Source of the DNA: Octopus bimaculoides
Lineage: Eukaryota
NCBI RefSeq assembly: GCF_001194135.2
Contig: NC_069002.1
Location: 34,519,586-34,583,585, forward strand
Direction: 5' to 3'
Length of the DNA: 64,000 nt
Positions 12,304-25,494 of this stretch are shown in pieces. Below the pieces are notes generated by a model. The model did no database searches. It was not told where the DNA came from and worked only from the letters and a program-made list of their open reading frames with translations. Position numbers and translations under genes: made by a program. Positions within the stretch are counted from its first letter, which is position 1, and each line of letters starts with the position of its first letter.

Positions 12304-12675
12304 AAATACAAAACTTACCACTTCTGTTGTAACATACAAGTCAGACTAAAACACAGACGGAAAAACAATAAAAAGTACAGATTTACCTCCCCTTTACTGT
12401 AAAATAAATGAGGAAACAATTATCTCCCCCTGTAAATAAACTTTCCCCTAACAATATGTCAAATTTCGCTCCTTAGCTTAATGAGAAATGCGAAACCGGT
12501 TTTTACTTTAATTATGTTTAAAGAATCAAATTTTATTTTGTACAAAATTGTACATCTTTAATAGTACAGCTCTAATATACTCCTTAATTTTGTCAAACAA
12601 ATCTGTGTTTTTTCATCTTTTCTCTTTCTCTATAAACATACATATACATGTATATACATATGTGTGTGTGAGTGT

Positions 12676-12724
<49 letters not shown>

Positions 12725-12957
12725 CTGTTTTTGTTCCCAACTCTGACCCTCCATAAATCCAAAATTTGTTTGGGTACATATGGGAGCAACTGTCTTCGAA
12801 GACTCATATTGTCGTTCAGTACACGAAATGAGGGGTCGCTCTTGATGCTACTTGGTCTGTTTTCCATTTGTCTCTCCCGTTCTTTGAGCATTNNNNNNNN
12901 NNNNNNNNNNNNNNNNNNNNNNNNNNNNNNNNNNNNNNNNNNNNNNNNNNNNNNNNN

Positions 12958-12990
<33 letters not shown>

Positions 12991-13845
12991 GTGTGTGCGT
13001 GTGTTAGTGTGTAATATTTTGCCACGATTTCCGAATCAACTCTCGTTTATATTTTATACATATATTCATGTATAAATACATACACGCACGCATAGATACA
13101 AAGATATAAATTTGGCCGCATTATTCAAACAATGTCGTGGTTAAAGTATAAATCTTGGGTATGATTCTCTGGCTTATATTTTGGAATGTTCCTGTAATTC
13201 TGTACAAGTTATATATGCATCACCACCAACAAAGGAAGAAAAAAGAAGAAAAAACAATAATTTTGATATCATTTAATATCATCATAGTTTAGAAATTGTT
13301 GCGTCCAAATCACAAACGATAAACTATTTCTGTAGCTTTTCTCTTTTTTTTTTTTTTGGCAAATCAATACACACATTGTTTATCATTTCCAAAATTAATT
13401 TTCTGGCATTTCCTTCATTTCTACAATTTCATTCTGATTGTTTTCGACGCAACATGTGAGTCATTTGGATTCTAAGAACAGTTCAAGCTGTAAATCTTTG
13501 CACCTCATGTATTCATAATGTATGAAATTGCTTGCTGATATTCACGATGTACAATCAATTTTATATGTTTATTATTCTATATAGAAACTTTGTTCAATAC
13601 ACAACTATATAAATATATATGAGCCATTGTCATTGCGCTCTTTCAAATAGTTGTGCGGATACAAGTTGCAAAATGGAGAGCTTTTGACGAGATCTGGTGT
13701 GCTTTTCTCATTATCTGTCTATGTTTCTCTACACAATGAAGTATAACATATATATTGTGTAGCATCATTTATTCTTGACCGCTAAATTATATATAGTAAA
13801 TATAATATAATGAGTATGTGTATGTGTGTGTGTGTGTGTGTGTGT

Positions 13846-14056
13846 AAATGTGTCCGTGTTTGTTCACCATCACTCTTAGAAACCGGTGTCGGTGTGTTTA
13901 CGTCCCTGTAACTTAGCGGTTAGTGACAAGAGTCCGATAGATTAACTGTCAGGCTTTGAAGTAAAAAGATACTACCGTATATTCGTTCGACTAAAATCTT
14001 TCAAGGCGGCGCTCCAGCATGACCGCAGTCTAATCAATGAAGCGAATAAAAGATAA
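13846..14056 (+). mobile_element. SINE family 2, 3' half (after TG repeat)
   Basis: gtgtttacgtccctgtaacttagcggtt..ccgatag..gttcgactaaaatctttcaaggcggcgctccagcatgaccgcagtc..gaataaaagataa; decayed homologue at 32935-33075. Confidence 0.8.
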
Positions 14057-14880
14057 CGAATGCCACACAGAGTCTGAAAGAACGGATTTGTTCGAGCACC
14101 AGTGAGTAATATTTCAACAAGAAGTAATATTTTCTTCCCATGATACGATACATGTTCATATCTTTTGTTGTCCACCGTATAAAAATTCGAAACATGGACT
14201 GCTTGGACATGACTCATACATTGTCATTCATATCTATTTTGCAAAGAGCAGTTGAAATCATTAGTAATTATCCTCAATTCAGTAGACCAATATATATGCA
14301 AATTGCGTCTGTGGAATTGTTGAAATTCTATATATTATAGGTCGTATTTTTAACGATTCACTGATGGAAAACGCTCTCGGCATTCACATATCATATAGTG
14401 TTATCTAAAACAGAAGTGATACACCCGAGGCCGAGCTACACAAAATCCAATACATAATATTACGCATCACGACAAAGGCCATAATCTGAGCCACATAAAT
14501 ACAGTATATTTTATCAAACACCGAAATTAAAATACAAATTTACATCCACACGTACATAATACGTACATGCATACGTACATAGTACGCACGTGCATACGTA
14601 CATAATAACTCCTCTCACACAAACACATGTACATATATTTATTATATAGGAAAATATACACAATCATCATCATCGTTGTCATCGTCATCGTCATCTCCAT
14701 CATTATCATCATCACCGCCATCGTTATCATTATTAATTTGGTTTAGCTCAGGTTTGTTATTATTCCTGGTAGGAATCATGTGGGTAGCGAGTTACTACCT
14801 GTAATCTTAGGTAACCATGACTTATCAAGTGTATTTCAAGTGCATAGAACCCTACTGATAATCGTGGCCAAAATTTGAAA

Positions 14881-15030
14881 TTATTATTATTATTATTATT
14901 GAGTGAGAGAGCAGCATATGCCATCAAAGTGACACTGGGGTCAAATACACGAAGCCTAATATACCCATCATGACTACCTGTCTCATAAAGGTACACCAGG
15001 CACATGAATCACAACCATATGTGCGCGACA
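14881..15030 (-). mobile_element. Trinucleotide-tailed retroposon copy 2, 5'-truncated, with (AAT)n tail
   Basis: (tta)n 14881-14900 then gagtgagagagcagcatatgccatcaaagtgacactgggg..tgtgcgcgaca; homologous to 2845-2972. Confidence 0.85.
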
Positions 15031-15198
15031 AACGCTTCTCTAAATACGAACCTGGATGATGTTCACTTGAACGGGAACTGCCCAAACAAGAGCCCCTAGT
15101 CCACTACCACACCCACCACAGAAAGACTCTACCCTAGGTGTAAGGATGACACTCTCCAAGAAACGGAAACAGGAATGAAAGAAGATGATAATGAAAAT

Positions 15199-15202
<4 letters not shown>

Positions 15203-15248
<46 letters not shown>
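15203..15248. repeat. (AAT)n microsatellite
   Basis: Direct reading. Confidence 0.95.
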
Positions 15249-15251
<3 letters not shown>

Positions 15252-15492
15252 TTAAAACAGTTTTATTGGGCTCCATGAGACTCGAAGTATAGCAGGCTTC
15301 TTTCGGAAACCTAGCTCGCCCAGGCTCAGATAACCACATAAAGAGATGCATAAAATCCAAGATAGTTACATGATAGGGCTCATGAACATTGAAGCGTGAC
15401 GCATAGTGTCCCTATAAGTGAGACTGTCATTTCAGCCACACCATACTCACTAGCAAGGAGAATTTCTTGAACCGCGTATATATGTATGTGTG

Positions 15493-15496
<4 letters not shown>

Positions 15497-15526
<30 letters not shown>

Positions 15527-15559
15527 TGTATGTATGTATGTATGTATGTATGTATGTAT
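15497..15559. repeat. (TATG)n microsatellite
   Basis: Direct reading. Confidence 0.95.
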
Positions 15560-15922
15560 GCAAACACATACCCGCGCGGTCAGAGATATGTGTTTGCGCG
15601 TGTATGTGTGTGTTCGTTTGTATATATATATATATGTGCACGTTTGTGTCGCAGTATATTCTCTACGACTAAATAATGAAGATGTTTACTTTGCATTCCT
15701 ATTACCCACTTTTCAATCACAATTCTTGCATATTGGATAAAATGTACAATGACCTACATCCAAGGCCTTGAGACTGAAATTGGATTGACGGAATCAATTC
15801 GGAAATTAATCGTATCCTCTTATACACGTATGTCAAATGTATAGTCTTGTGAAACAGTGTGACGTTCCTAAAACACTTTAACTAAATACACTTTAACTAA
15901 ATACGCATGAAGTTTAATTATA

Positions 15923-16374
15923 CAGGGTGTCCACAAAGTCTGGGTACATGGGGATTAACACATACTTTAAGAAATTATATTTAATTGTTTATGATTTTAT
16001 TTACACCATGTACCCACATGGGGACTAACACATACTTTAAGAAATTATTATTTCTTATATTTAATTGTTTATGTTATGATTTTATTTACTCCATGTACCC
16101 ACATGGGGACTAACACATACTTTAAGAAATTATTATTTCTTATATTTAATTGTTTATGTTATGATTTTATTTACTCCATGTACCGACAGGGGGACTAACA
16201 CATACTTTAAGAAATAATTATTTCGTATATTTAATTGTTTATGTTATGATTTTATTTCCTCCATGTACCCACATGGGGATTAACACATACTTTAAGAAAT
16301 TATTATTTCTTATATTTAATTGTTTATGTTATGATTTTATTTACTCCATATACTCAGACCTTGTGGACACCCTG
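15923..16374. mobile_element. Tc1/mariner-type MITE with five tandem internal units (70 + 4 x ~85 bp)
   Basis: TA flanks at 15921-22 and 16375-76; 29-bp TIRs cagggtgtccacaaagtctgggtacatgg / ccatatactcagaccttgtggacaccctg (3 mismatches); units start at 15947, 16017, 16102, 16187, 16272. Confidence 0.92.
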
Positions 16375-18260
16375 TAGAAACAATAGAAAATAGGGCGGGA
16401 TTGATTGCAGTTTTTATTTTCCTAACATTCTTCGAAAGACAATTATAAAACCAAGGCTATGATACAAGAGGATTACCCGAAAAATTGACGATAGAAGATG
16501 ACTTTTATCAATGTTCCAAATTTATCACTTGAAAATAAACACATTACATATGGCGAAATGTCCAGAAGCATATATTCAGTTCTATCTTTCATAATTTCTC
16601 TAATTTTCTTTAATATCCGTTAATTTTCAGAAGAAATTTGTTTCCTTTAACATATAACTTTCTCTTTGTGTCTGCATTGATTTCAGATGAATGTCAAAAA
16701 GCTAAGCAATATCACGAATGCAAGTTATATTCATAATTAATATTTTTTTTATTAATTCATCAGGAACTAATTATGCCATTTTCCGTCCATCGTGATTTAT
16801 TTTAATATATATTTTTTTCTCTATGCTATTGTATATTTATTTTTCTTTTAAACTTTCCCACGATTTCACTACGTGAGTAGACAACAAATTTTTTCAAGTA
16901 TGTATTTTTCTACTTGTCCATTCAGGTCCACTTCAGACAATTTTTTTCATTCAACTACACTTTAATTGAAATTCCCCGATAAATATCAATGTTCAATTAC
17001 TCTTGTATATACGAGTAAAACGCTTCTATTTTCAGTATTTAAAAATACAAGTAAGATAAATATTTTTATCTTGACTTCTAATCAAAAACTTATTTTAATT
17101 CAATAATTGATAATTGAGCCAGTAATAGATATATTTTTCCTTGTTGATATAGCTTTTAATGTCGCCTGATTTTAGGGGAGAGAGAAAACGAGAAGGTGTA
17201 TGTTTCAGCAAATTATAAGGCGTGTGTTTGAGTTTAGGGGAGTCACTTTAAATATTTTGTTGTTTGTTATATATGGTGTTTCAAATAAGTTATATTGATT
17301 TGACATGAATGTCCTAAAGTCAGTGTACTATTTCAGCTGACCGTCGGTGCCCAATGATTAGCTCACATGTTGAGGTTTGGCGTAAATTGCTCCCTGGTTG
17401 CATCTAACCAGATCCGCAATCGGCTAATGCAACGACATAGTTTCAGTGGTATTAAATAATGGAAAATATGTCAATTTCCAAACATTATGTCCAGGCCTCA
17501 AAACCAACGATTGAAAGGAATAGTAGTCAGTCGTCTGATTTCTAGATGGAAGGAAATCGGAAATATAAGTTACAGACCAAAGACACATAAGATAAGGTAT
17601 TCTTCGACAGTGTTGAAGCCCCAGGTTAACGTTGTTAAACCATAGTCTCTTGTCTTTTCCCGCTACCACCTCTCTAATAGCACTCGTCACCAGCATCTCA
17701 CTTCTATTTGACTTCCTTCATTTTTCATTTTTCCTATTCTCTTGTCATTTCGTTTTATCATCATCCTCACCCTCTTCATCATCATCATTATCATCAGCAT
17801 CGTGATAACCGCAAATAATTAGGTTTTCTGCTTTCATTTGAAAATCCCGTGGAAAATTTACGGGATTTTCTATTGTTACGCTTCTTTTTAACGTTTAAAT
17901 TTCATTCTTCATGTGATTACAATTTAATAACAAAAATCAGCATCGATGAAATGTAATAAAACCATGATTATCCGATTGTTTACATTCATGAGAAGTTAAT
18001 AATATGCGATTGGTATTTAAAAGAGTCAACAGAATTCATTTTATTGGAAATGGAAGTGAACATTGTGTGATAACGAAATATAATAATGTCATTATGTTAA
18101 TTGAAATTACACGTTCAGCAATTTATGTGGGAATCTCATAGAGTTACGAGAGAACGGATGTTTTACAGGGAAGCTTTCCCGCGGCATGGATGGTGGTTCA
18201 GCGTTCACTCGCACGATTGAGCTATCACATATTTCAGGCATATATGCACACGCGTGTTTG

Positions 18261-18299
<39 letters not shown>

Positions 18300-18701
18300 N
18301 NNNNNNNNNNNNNNNNNNNNNNNNNNNNNNNNNNNNNNNNNNNNNNNNNNNNNNNNNNNNNNNNNNNNNNNNNNNNNNNNNNNNNNNNNNNNNNNNNNNN
18401 NNNNNNNNNNNNNNNNNNNNNNNNNNNNNNNNNNNNNNNTTATTTAACTGATACCCCTAAAACGACATCATTGCTTCATAACCATCCATAAAAGAGTGTA
18501 TGTATATGTTGTGTGTGTGCATGTAGATATGTATGAGCGATTGTATTTACTTTTGTGTTTGTAAAATTTTATGTGAATACAAACAACCGTTCTTAAAATT
18601 CAATGGCTTTTTGATTGCAGAAATTGTGTGAATTGAAATTTAATGTCACCACATAGAAAAAGAATGAATAAGATATGAGAGTCAATGACAAACTAAATAT
18701 G

Positions 18702-18705
<4 letters not shown>

Positions 18706-18776
<71 letters not shown>

Positions 18777-18810
18777 CAACAACAACAACAAGAACAATAA
18801 TAATAACAAT
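18706..18810. repeat. (AAT)n/(AAC)n microsatellite
   Basis: Direct reading. Confidence 0.95.
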
Positions 18811-19770
18811 AATAGTATTGGTGATGATAATAAATGTAATACTAGTTAACAATCAAAGAAGAAATGATATTATTGGCAAATGCACAACAACAAAATTTCA
18901 AATCATAAATAGCTATTTAAAATTATATTTTCAATTTTCATTCAAAATCGTTTTTTTTCTTCTTTTTTTATACCGATGCATTGAAACAAACATTCCTTAA
19001 AAGAAACGTGTTTAAAGGCAACCAATTTTTCTGTTTTGAAATTATTTGCAAAAGTGCATATTATTTAGCTAAATGTAGTGATGGAGATTGTATAAATACA
19101 CGATCGTTTCCACTATTAAAAATAGCTCCCGTTTTGATAAAATATATTTAAAGCTATGTATTGTATTATTTCTGTCTTTCATCATGTGTTCTTCAAAACT
19201 GAACGTCTTCACAATCGCTCAGTCTTAAAAAATAGCAACCACATATCACTAAAATCACACACTATTGTCTCTAAGGAATAGTGATATAGTGAGTATATAT
19301 TACTTGGTACACACATAGCTCTGTGATCAGAGGTTCTTTCGCTCAAATTTAATCACGTGTTGGAAAGAACCATGTATTAACCCGAAGGACTACGATTTTA
19401 CATGTTCTTCATTTACGCTTAATAGTAGTATAATCCTCCATTCTCATTATTTCCATTTATATCATGAGCTCTACATAACTTTTTTTGCAAATAACCACGG
19501 CCTCTTTCTACGCTAGAAGAAAAATTAAATCACTGAATATATACTTGAAAAACGCTGATAAATAATTGTAATCTTGAGCGTTTATAGTCGTCACAAATAT
19601 CCCCTGTGCAAGGAACACGTTAGGAAGGTAATACAACACGGAGCAGAAAAACAAATATATATACTATTAATACAACAATCAGTTTTAAACGAATTCGACT
19701 AACTATATAAATCAGACACCGATAAATGCATACAGAATGCAAATCCAAGGTAATTCCCAATGTATGGTAA

Positions 19771-19806
<36 letters not shown>

Positions 19807-20559
19807 GCATACACATGAATGTATATTTATATATATATATACATGCATACACATGAATGTATATATATATATATATGTATGTAAATATTTATATATATAC
19901 GCATACATACACATGAATGTATCNNNNNNNNNNGATAGATAGATACAAAAAAGAGACATACCAAGAACTCGTTTACACAAAATCAGCTGGATTTTTACTT
20001 TGAAATTACAGAAACTTTGCTGAAGGGCGACAAAATATTTTCAGATAAAAGAGTGTACTACTGGGAAATAGAATAATGAGAAAATAACGCATCTGTATTT
20101 AATAATGACTGAAGTATATCTTCCATAGCTTTATATATTTTCTTAAATCAACAGACGGTCTTATTTCAAGCGATTTGTCAAATGAATATTACAGTGAAAT
20201 ACATATAAACCATAGCGTAATTAGCTAATAATACGTACACTTATAACACACACACACACACATATTAACTCTTATTTATAGTTATACGATATAGGAGGAA
20301 GGTATTTTTTCATAAGATGACTAAAAATAATAAGACATCTATTTTCTTTTAAAATGTTTGCAAAGCTTCATTAATATAATTTCGCTTTCCTTTGTGATCA
20401 AATTTTCATACTTTCATTTTGCAATCTGTAGTAGTAATTTTTGAAATCCTTCTATTAATAATGCATAATTTAGTAGCATAGTATTTGTCTGTTGTTACAT
20501 TTTTCCCAAACCATAATCTATTTTATATGAAGCATCCTGTTATATATATATATATATAC

Positions 20560-20591
<32 letters not shown>

Positions 20592-22357
20592 NNNNNNNNN
20601 NNNNNNNNNNNNNNNNNNNNNNNNNNNNNNNNNNNNNNNNNNNNNNNNNNNNNNNNNNNNNNNNNNNNNNNNNNNNNNNNNNNNNNNNNNNNNNNNNNNN
20701 NNNNNNNNNNNNNNNNNNNNNNNNNNNNNNNNNNNNNNNNNNNNNNNNNNNNNNNNNNNNNNNNNNNNNNNNNNNNNNNNNNNNNNNNNNNNNNNNNNNN
20801 NNNNNNNNNNNNNNNNNNNNNNNNNNNNNNNNNNNNNNNNNNNNNNNNNNNNNNNNNNNNNNNNNNNNNNNNNNNNNNNNNNNNNNNNNNNNNNNNNNNN
20901 NNNNNNNNNNNNNNNNNNNNNNNNNNNNNNNNNNNNNNNNNNNNNNNNNNNNNNNNNNNNNNNNNNNNNNNNNNNNNNNNNNNNNNNNNNNNNNNNNNNN
21001 NNNNNNNNNNNNNNNNNNNNNNNNNNNNNNNNNNNNNNNNNNNNNNNNNNNNNNNNNNNNNNNNNNNNNNNNNNNNNNNNNNNNNNNNNNNNNNNNNNNN
21101 NNNNNNNNNNNNNNNNNNNNNNNNNNNNNNNNNNNNNNNNNNNNNNNNNNNNNNNNNNNNNNNNNNNNNNNNNNNNNNNNNNNNNNNNNNNNNNNNNNNN
21201 NNNNNNNNNNNNNNNNNNNNNNNNNNNNNNNNNNNNNNNNNNNNNNNNNNNNNNNNNNNNNNNNNNNNNNNNNNNNNNNTATATACACATACATATGTCT
21301 GTAGATATATACACACCACAAACGTGTGTGCACTTACAGATATATACGTTTTTGTCACTAATTTGTAAGAAATAATGACTAATTTTATCAGATCTTTGCA
21401 ATTGATCCGCCTTTCGACTCCCATTTTATATACGCCATATGTCATAACTAATCTTTACGCTGATGCTTAACCATGAAAGAACATACGTATGCATACGCGC
21501 CCATAAGCACACATATGTAAGTGCGTTGTTTAGACATGCATATACCTTTAATATATATAATATAGGTTAGTAGATAGATTGATAGACAGACAGGTGGATA
21601 AATATATCTTGTTTTCGCTGCGGTATGTTTGTATTGTTTTCAGCAAGTTAATCATCGCAACACCAACTGATGATGTGCTCAAGGCACCAAACTTCTTAGA
21701 ATGGCAACCAATCAACTGATTCGCACAAAGAATATTTATATTTTTTGTTTCCTGTAGACATAGCGTCTAGATTTTGCTGTGTTTGTCAACGAAGTTTTGA
21801 TTTATAAATATATCACAAGATGAATTTCTTTTCTTTAATTGTCCAGGGAATAAAAATGCGTCATACGTTCAAGACATGTTGTCTCATGGTTAACTATCAA
21901 CCTGGTTAACATCATTACTTCTTTACACTCGCGCAGATAATGTATTTTGTTGTCATTCCTTAACAGTAGCATAGCCTATATTTCTCCTGTTTTAAATTTA
22001 CCTTACCATTTTCATATAATTCATATTTAATTCGCAATGCCATCATCGTCGTCGTCATAATCATCCTCCTCATCTTTATCAACATCATCAGCATCACCAT
22101 CATCTGCATCATCATCATCATTTTCGTGGTCGTCGTTGGAGCTTCGAGAAGATGTCCTCGTGCAGAATTATTTCCGTTCCATTAAGTTTTAATGTCGAAT
22201 AAGGCCGGATTCACCTTTGATTCTTAATCACTCCGGAGATGGTGAAATGTAAAGTCCCGGTTTTGTAGAGACCATTGTAATTTCTACGCTCATTGAACTC
22301 AAAATTGTTGACTTTGTCTCTAAATTTCAAACGATTATTGTAGCTGTTGTTGCTTTC

Positions 22358-22410
22358 AGTAGTAGTAGTAGTGAAAGTAGTAGTTGTAGTGAAAGTAATA
22401 GTAGTAGTGA

Positions 22411-22460
<50 letters not shown>

Positions 22461-22461
22461 A

Positions 22462-22515
<54 letters not shown>

Positions 22516-22612
22516 CAGTATTGGTGGTGGTGGCAGTAGTAGTAGTGTTGGTGATGGTGTTAGTTGTAGTAGTAGGAACATCAGCTGTAGCATCAGCAGT
22601 AGCAGCATCAGC

Positions 22613-22657
<45 letters not shown>
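22358..22657. repeat. (AGT)n microsatellite with degenerate interior
   Basis: Direct reading; source of the poly-T/V/L ORFs. Confidence 0.95.
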
Positions 22658-22658
<1 letters not shown>

Positions 22659-22848
22659 AGGGGATTGGCTGATGGTTGCGAAATCATAAGATCGTCTGAT
22701 AAATTAGCTTTGCTTGTTTTTCCAGTAATTACAATCTGATTTCCAGTTACGAGATCAAGTAGTAAAATGCGAACAATTTGGAATGAATGGAAATAACAAA
22801 ACAATTACCATTAAAATTGTTGCTAATTATTATTATTGTATGCTGACT

Positions 22849-22955
22849 AACGCGGTGAACTGGCGGAATCAACCGCCGGGGTCGACTGCGCTTTTCATAA
22901 TTTCGGTTTCGATAAAAGAAGTAGCAACGGATCACTGGGGACAATTTAATCTACG
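22849..22955 (+). mobile_element. SINE family 1, degenerate with internal deletion
   Basis: gcggtgaactggcggaatc..ccgccggggtcgactgcgcttttcat..tcgataaaa. Confidence 0.6.
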
Positions 22956-24283
22956 TAATAATAATGAAGATGAAATAAATAATGGGTGTGCATGATTGAA
23001 AATAGATGACCATTCCCAAGTCAAACAATATGTGTTTCATCACACATTTGCACATCAAGAATCTTGCAAAACATACATAAAACCTTTAATAAATAATTTA
23101 AATGAAAAACAGCAGAAAACATTAAAAAATTGTAGTAATGTACATTACATTCGGATATAGACAAGTATTGAATGATATTGTATACACGGAGTACAAACAA
23201 ATCATATTTCTTTTATAAACGTATTTCGTAGAGAATAATTCGTTTCCCCACGTCAAAATTCTCAAAAATAGGGTGGCTGCAACGAAATTTTGCTAGGGTT
23301 ATTGATAGAGATATGTAAATTATGATTCCCCACGAATATATTTCAATGTAAATTAAAAACACCAGTATATTTAAAATGATAATGTTTAACATTACAACTA
23401 CAGCTCCTAATAGAAATATGTTTCGGTTTCAGATAATCTAAATTGCGTGAATCAAATATATGTTTCGATAATATTTTTATAATGAGGTTCTTCTTATCTG
23501 CTATATTTATATGTGTATTGGTAAATGTACAAATGTAAATGAAGCAAATAATTATTTAAATTATGGTTAGAGAGAAAATGATAAGAAAAGTCGATATTGT
23601 ACAGACTGTCTTATTCTACGACCTAAGAAAGAGAAAATAATAATATAAAAACAATATTTTAAAAATTAGCTTTAGGACCCAGGAGGAAAGAACTTAAGGA
23701 AGTAGTAAAAGAAAAATATGAGAGACTAGTGGAGTACTTATAATTGGAATAGCATATAAATTAGAAGAGAAAAGAATAGGGATAGAATATATTAATAAAT
23801 TAAGCATTGTCGTTGATAAACTAATGCTATTTATATTTCTATCAGAAGTTCTACGACAAAACTGTCATATAATGATATAAGACATATAATCACACATACA
23901 CACGCGCACCACACAGACACAGACACACTCACAAATACATATATACATGTATATTGTTTGTATATGTGTGTGCATATGTATTCCTTGGAGTAGTGTTGTT
24001 TGTTGCGTTGAGTTGATGTGTTGTATGAAGACCTTAGAGATTTAGTTTTATATTCGAAAATATTAGGTGGAGTGGAGTGAATAGGAAATTAAATACAAGG
24101 TTAATACGAAATTTATTCAGGAAATAATCAGATGGTATGTGCTTGGGGACCAGTTTGAATTTTATGAGACACTATGCTACGGAAGAGTAAATAAAAACCT
24201 GAATATTGATGTTTAATAGGAAAAACTTATTCAAATTTATAAGTAAATTACATAAGGAGTGGGAGGTATGCAGTTTAACAGTG

Positions 24284-24467
24284 GTTTCAGATTTTAGCAC
24301 AAGGCAAGAGATTTCGGGGAAGAGGCTGTGTAGAATTTTTCGACCCCAGTTTTCAATTCTTACTTATTTTATCAACCTCGAAATGCTGAACGGCAAAGTC
24401 AACCTCGGCGGAATGTTAATAACGTAAGGACGGAGGAAAAGCATGCTAACGATTTTGCTTGCTAGCC
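24284..24467 (-). mobile_element. SINE family 1
   Basis: gcacaaggc..tcgaccccag..ggcaaagtcaacctcggcggaat..gctaacgatt. Confidence 0.8.
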
Positions 24468-24488
24468 AAATTCACCTAGTTTAATATT

Positions 24489-24645
24489 GATTTCGAATTT
24501 TGGCACAAGGCCAGCATTTCCGAGTAGGACCTAAGTCGATTACATTGAACCCAGTGTTCAACAAGTACGTATTTCATTGGCCCCCAAAATGATGCAGGTA
24601 AGCATTTTGCCAGGCGTCTTATCTATTCTGCCACCCCGAAGCCTT
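24489..24645 (-). mobile_element. SINE family 1, internally deleted
   Basis: ttttggcacaaggccagc..aagtcgattacattgaacccagtg..ttctgccacc..gcctt. Confidence 0.8.
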
Positions 24646-24650
24646 AAATA

Positions 24651-24788
24651 TAGGGCGGCGAGTTGGCAGAAGAGTCCAAATTCCGCCGAGCTCGACTCTG
24701 CCTTTCATCCTTTCTGGGTCGATAAAATAAGTTCCAGTCGATCTACTCACCTATCCGTTCCCTCGAAATACTTGGTCCCGTATAAGAA
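24651..24788 (+). mobile_element. SINE family 1, internally deleted
   Basis: agggcggcgagttggcagaa..caaattccgccgagctcgactctgcctttcatcctttctgggtcgataaaataag. Confidence 0.85.
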
Positions 24789-25494
24789 TAGCAATATTTC
24801 AAAATCGTCTGCTACTCAATCGTAAAATGATCCATAATATCAAGCGTATAGAATTAGGCACCTAAACGAGTAATCGTGAAAATGACAGACGGATCATCTG
24901 TCCAACAATTTAGCTCTCGTCTTTTATCGATTCAAACAGTTTCCATCTTTTTAGCTCGTGAGGTATTTACAAACTGCTTCATGGTATATAATTTGTATAA
25001 AACGGATGACAATATAGTTTATTAGTATTTCCACATTATATTTTGAATAACTAACCGAAGCATTTAACCACTAAATCCATTTAATTCCTATTCCTGCCTT
25101 CCATGTATATTCGTTATTTATTCTCAATCTGCCACAGGATTCCAACTCCACACTGCTTCCATTTTACTATAAGACTAAAATTGCAATATTCGCTGTAATG
25201 AATCATTCTCTTCGATCTTCAATTATGATAAAAAAAATTAAGCAATGATTTTCAACACTTTCAATATAACTTTGAGAAGAAAAAATCTGTAATGAAGCTG
25301 CACTTTTAATTACATTTTAATTACGTTCACACGCGCTACATCTTTCTTTTCATGAGAATATATANNNNNNNNNNNNNNNNNNNNNNNNNNNNNNNNNNNN
25401 NNNNNNNNNNNNNNNNNNNNNNNNNNNNNNNNNNNNNNNNNNNNNNNNNNNNNNNNNNNNNNNNNNTATATATATATATATATATCACACGGAT

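Noticed and set aside
15923-16374. CRISPR-like regularly spaced repeats
   Set aside because: Units are contiguous tandem copies with no unique spacers, lie inside MITE TIRs, and the context is eukaryotic with no cas genes
16687-16736. Candidate terminal exon DECQKAKQYHECKLYS-stop after a good acceptor
   Set aside because: Too short, no recognisable homology, no linkable upstream exon; pyrimidine tracts are common here
21644-21719. Candidate terminal exon KLIIATPTDDVLKAPNFLEWQPIN-stop, and an overlapping CTGATGA-gtgc/gcac hammerhead-like motif
   Set aside because: The exon has no independent support; the motif lacks GAAA, stem III and stem I
22211-22804. 197-aa Thr-rich mucin-like ORF
   Set aside because: It is the reverse strand of an (AGT)n microsatellite; no signal peptide or splice support
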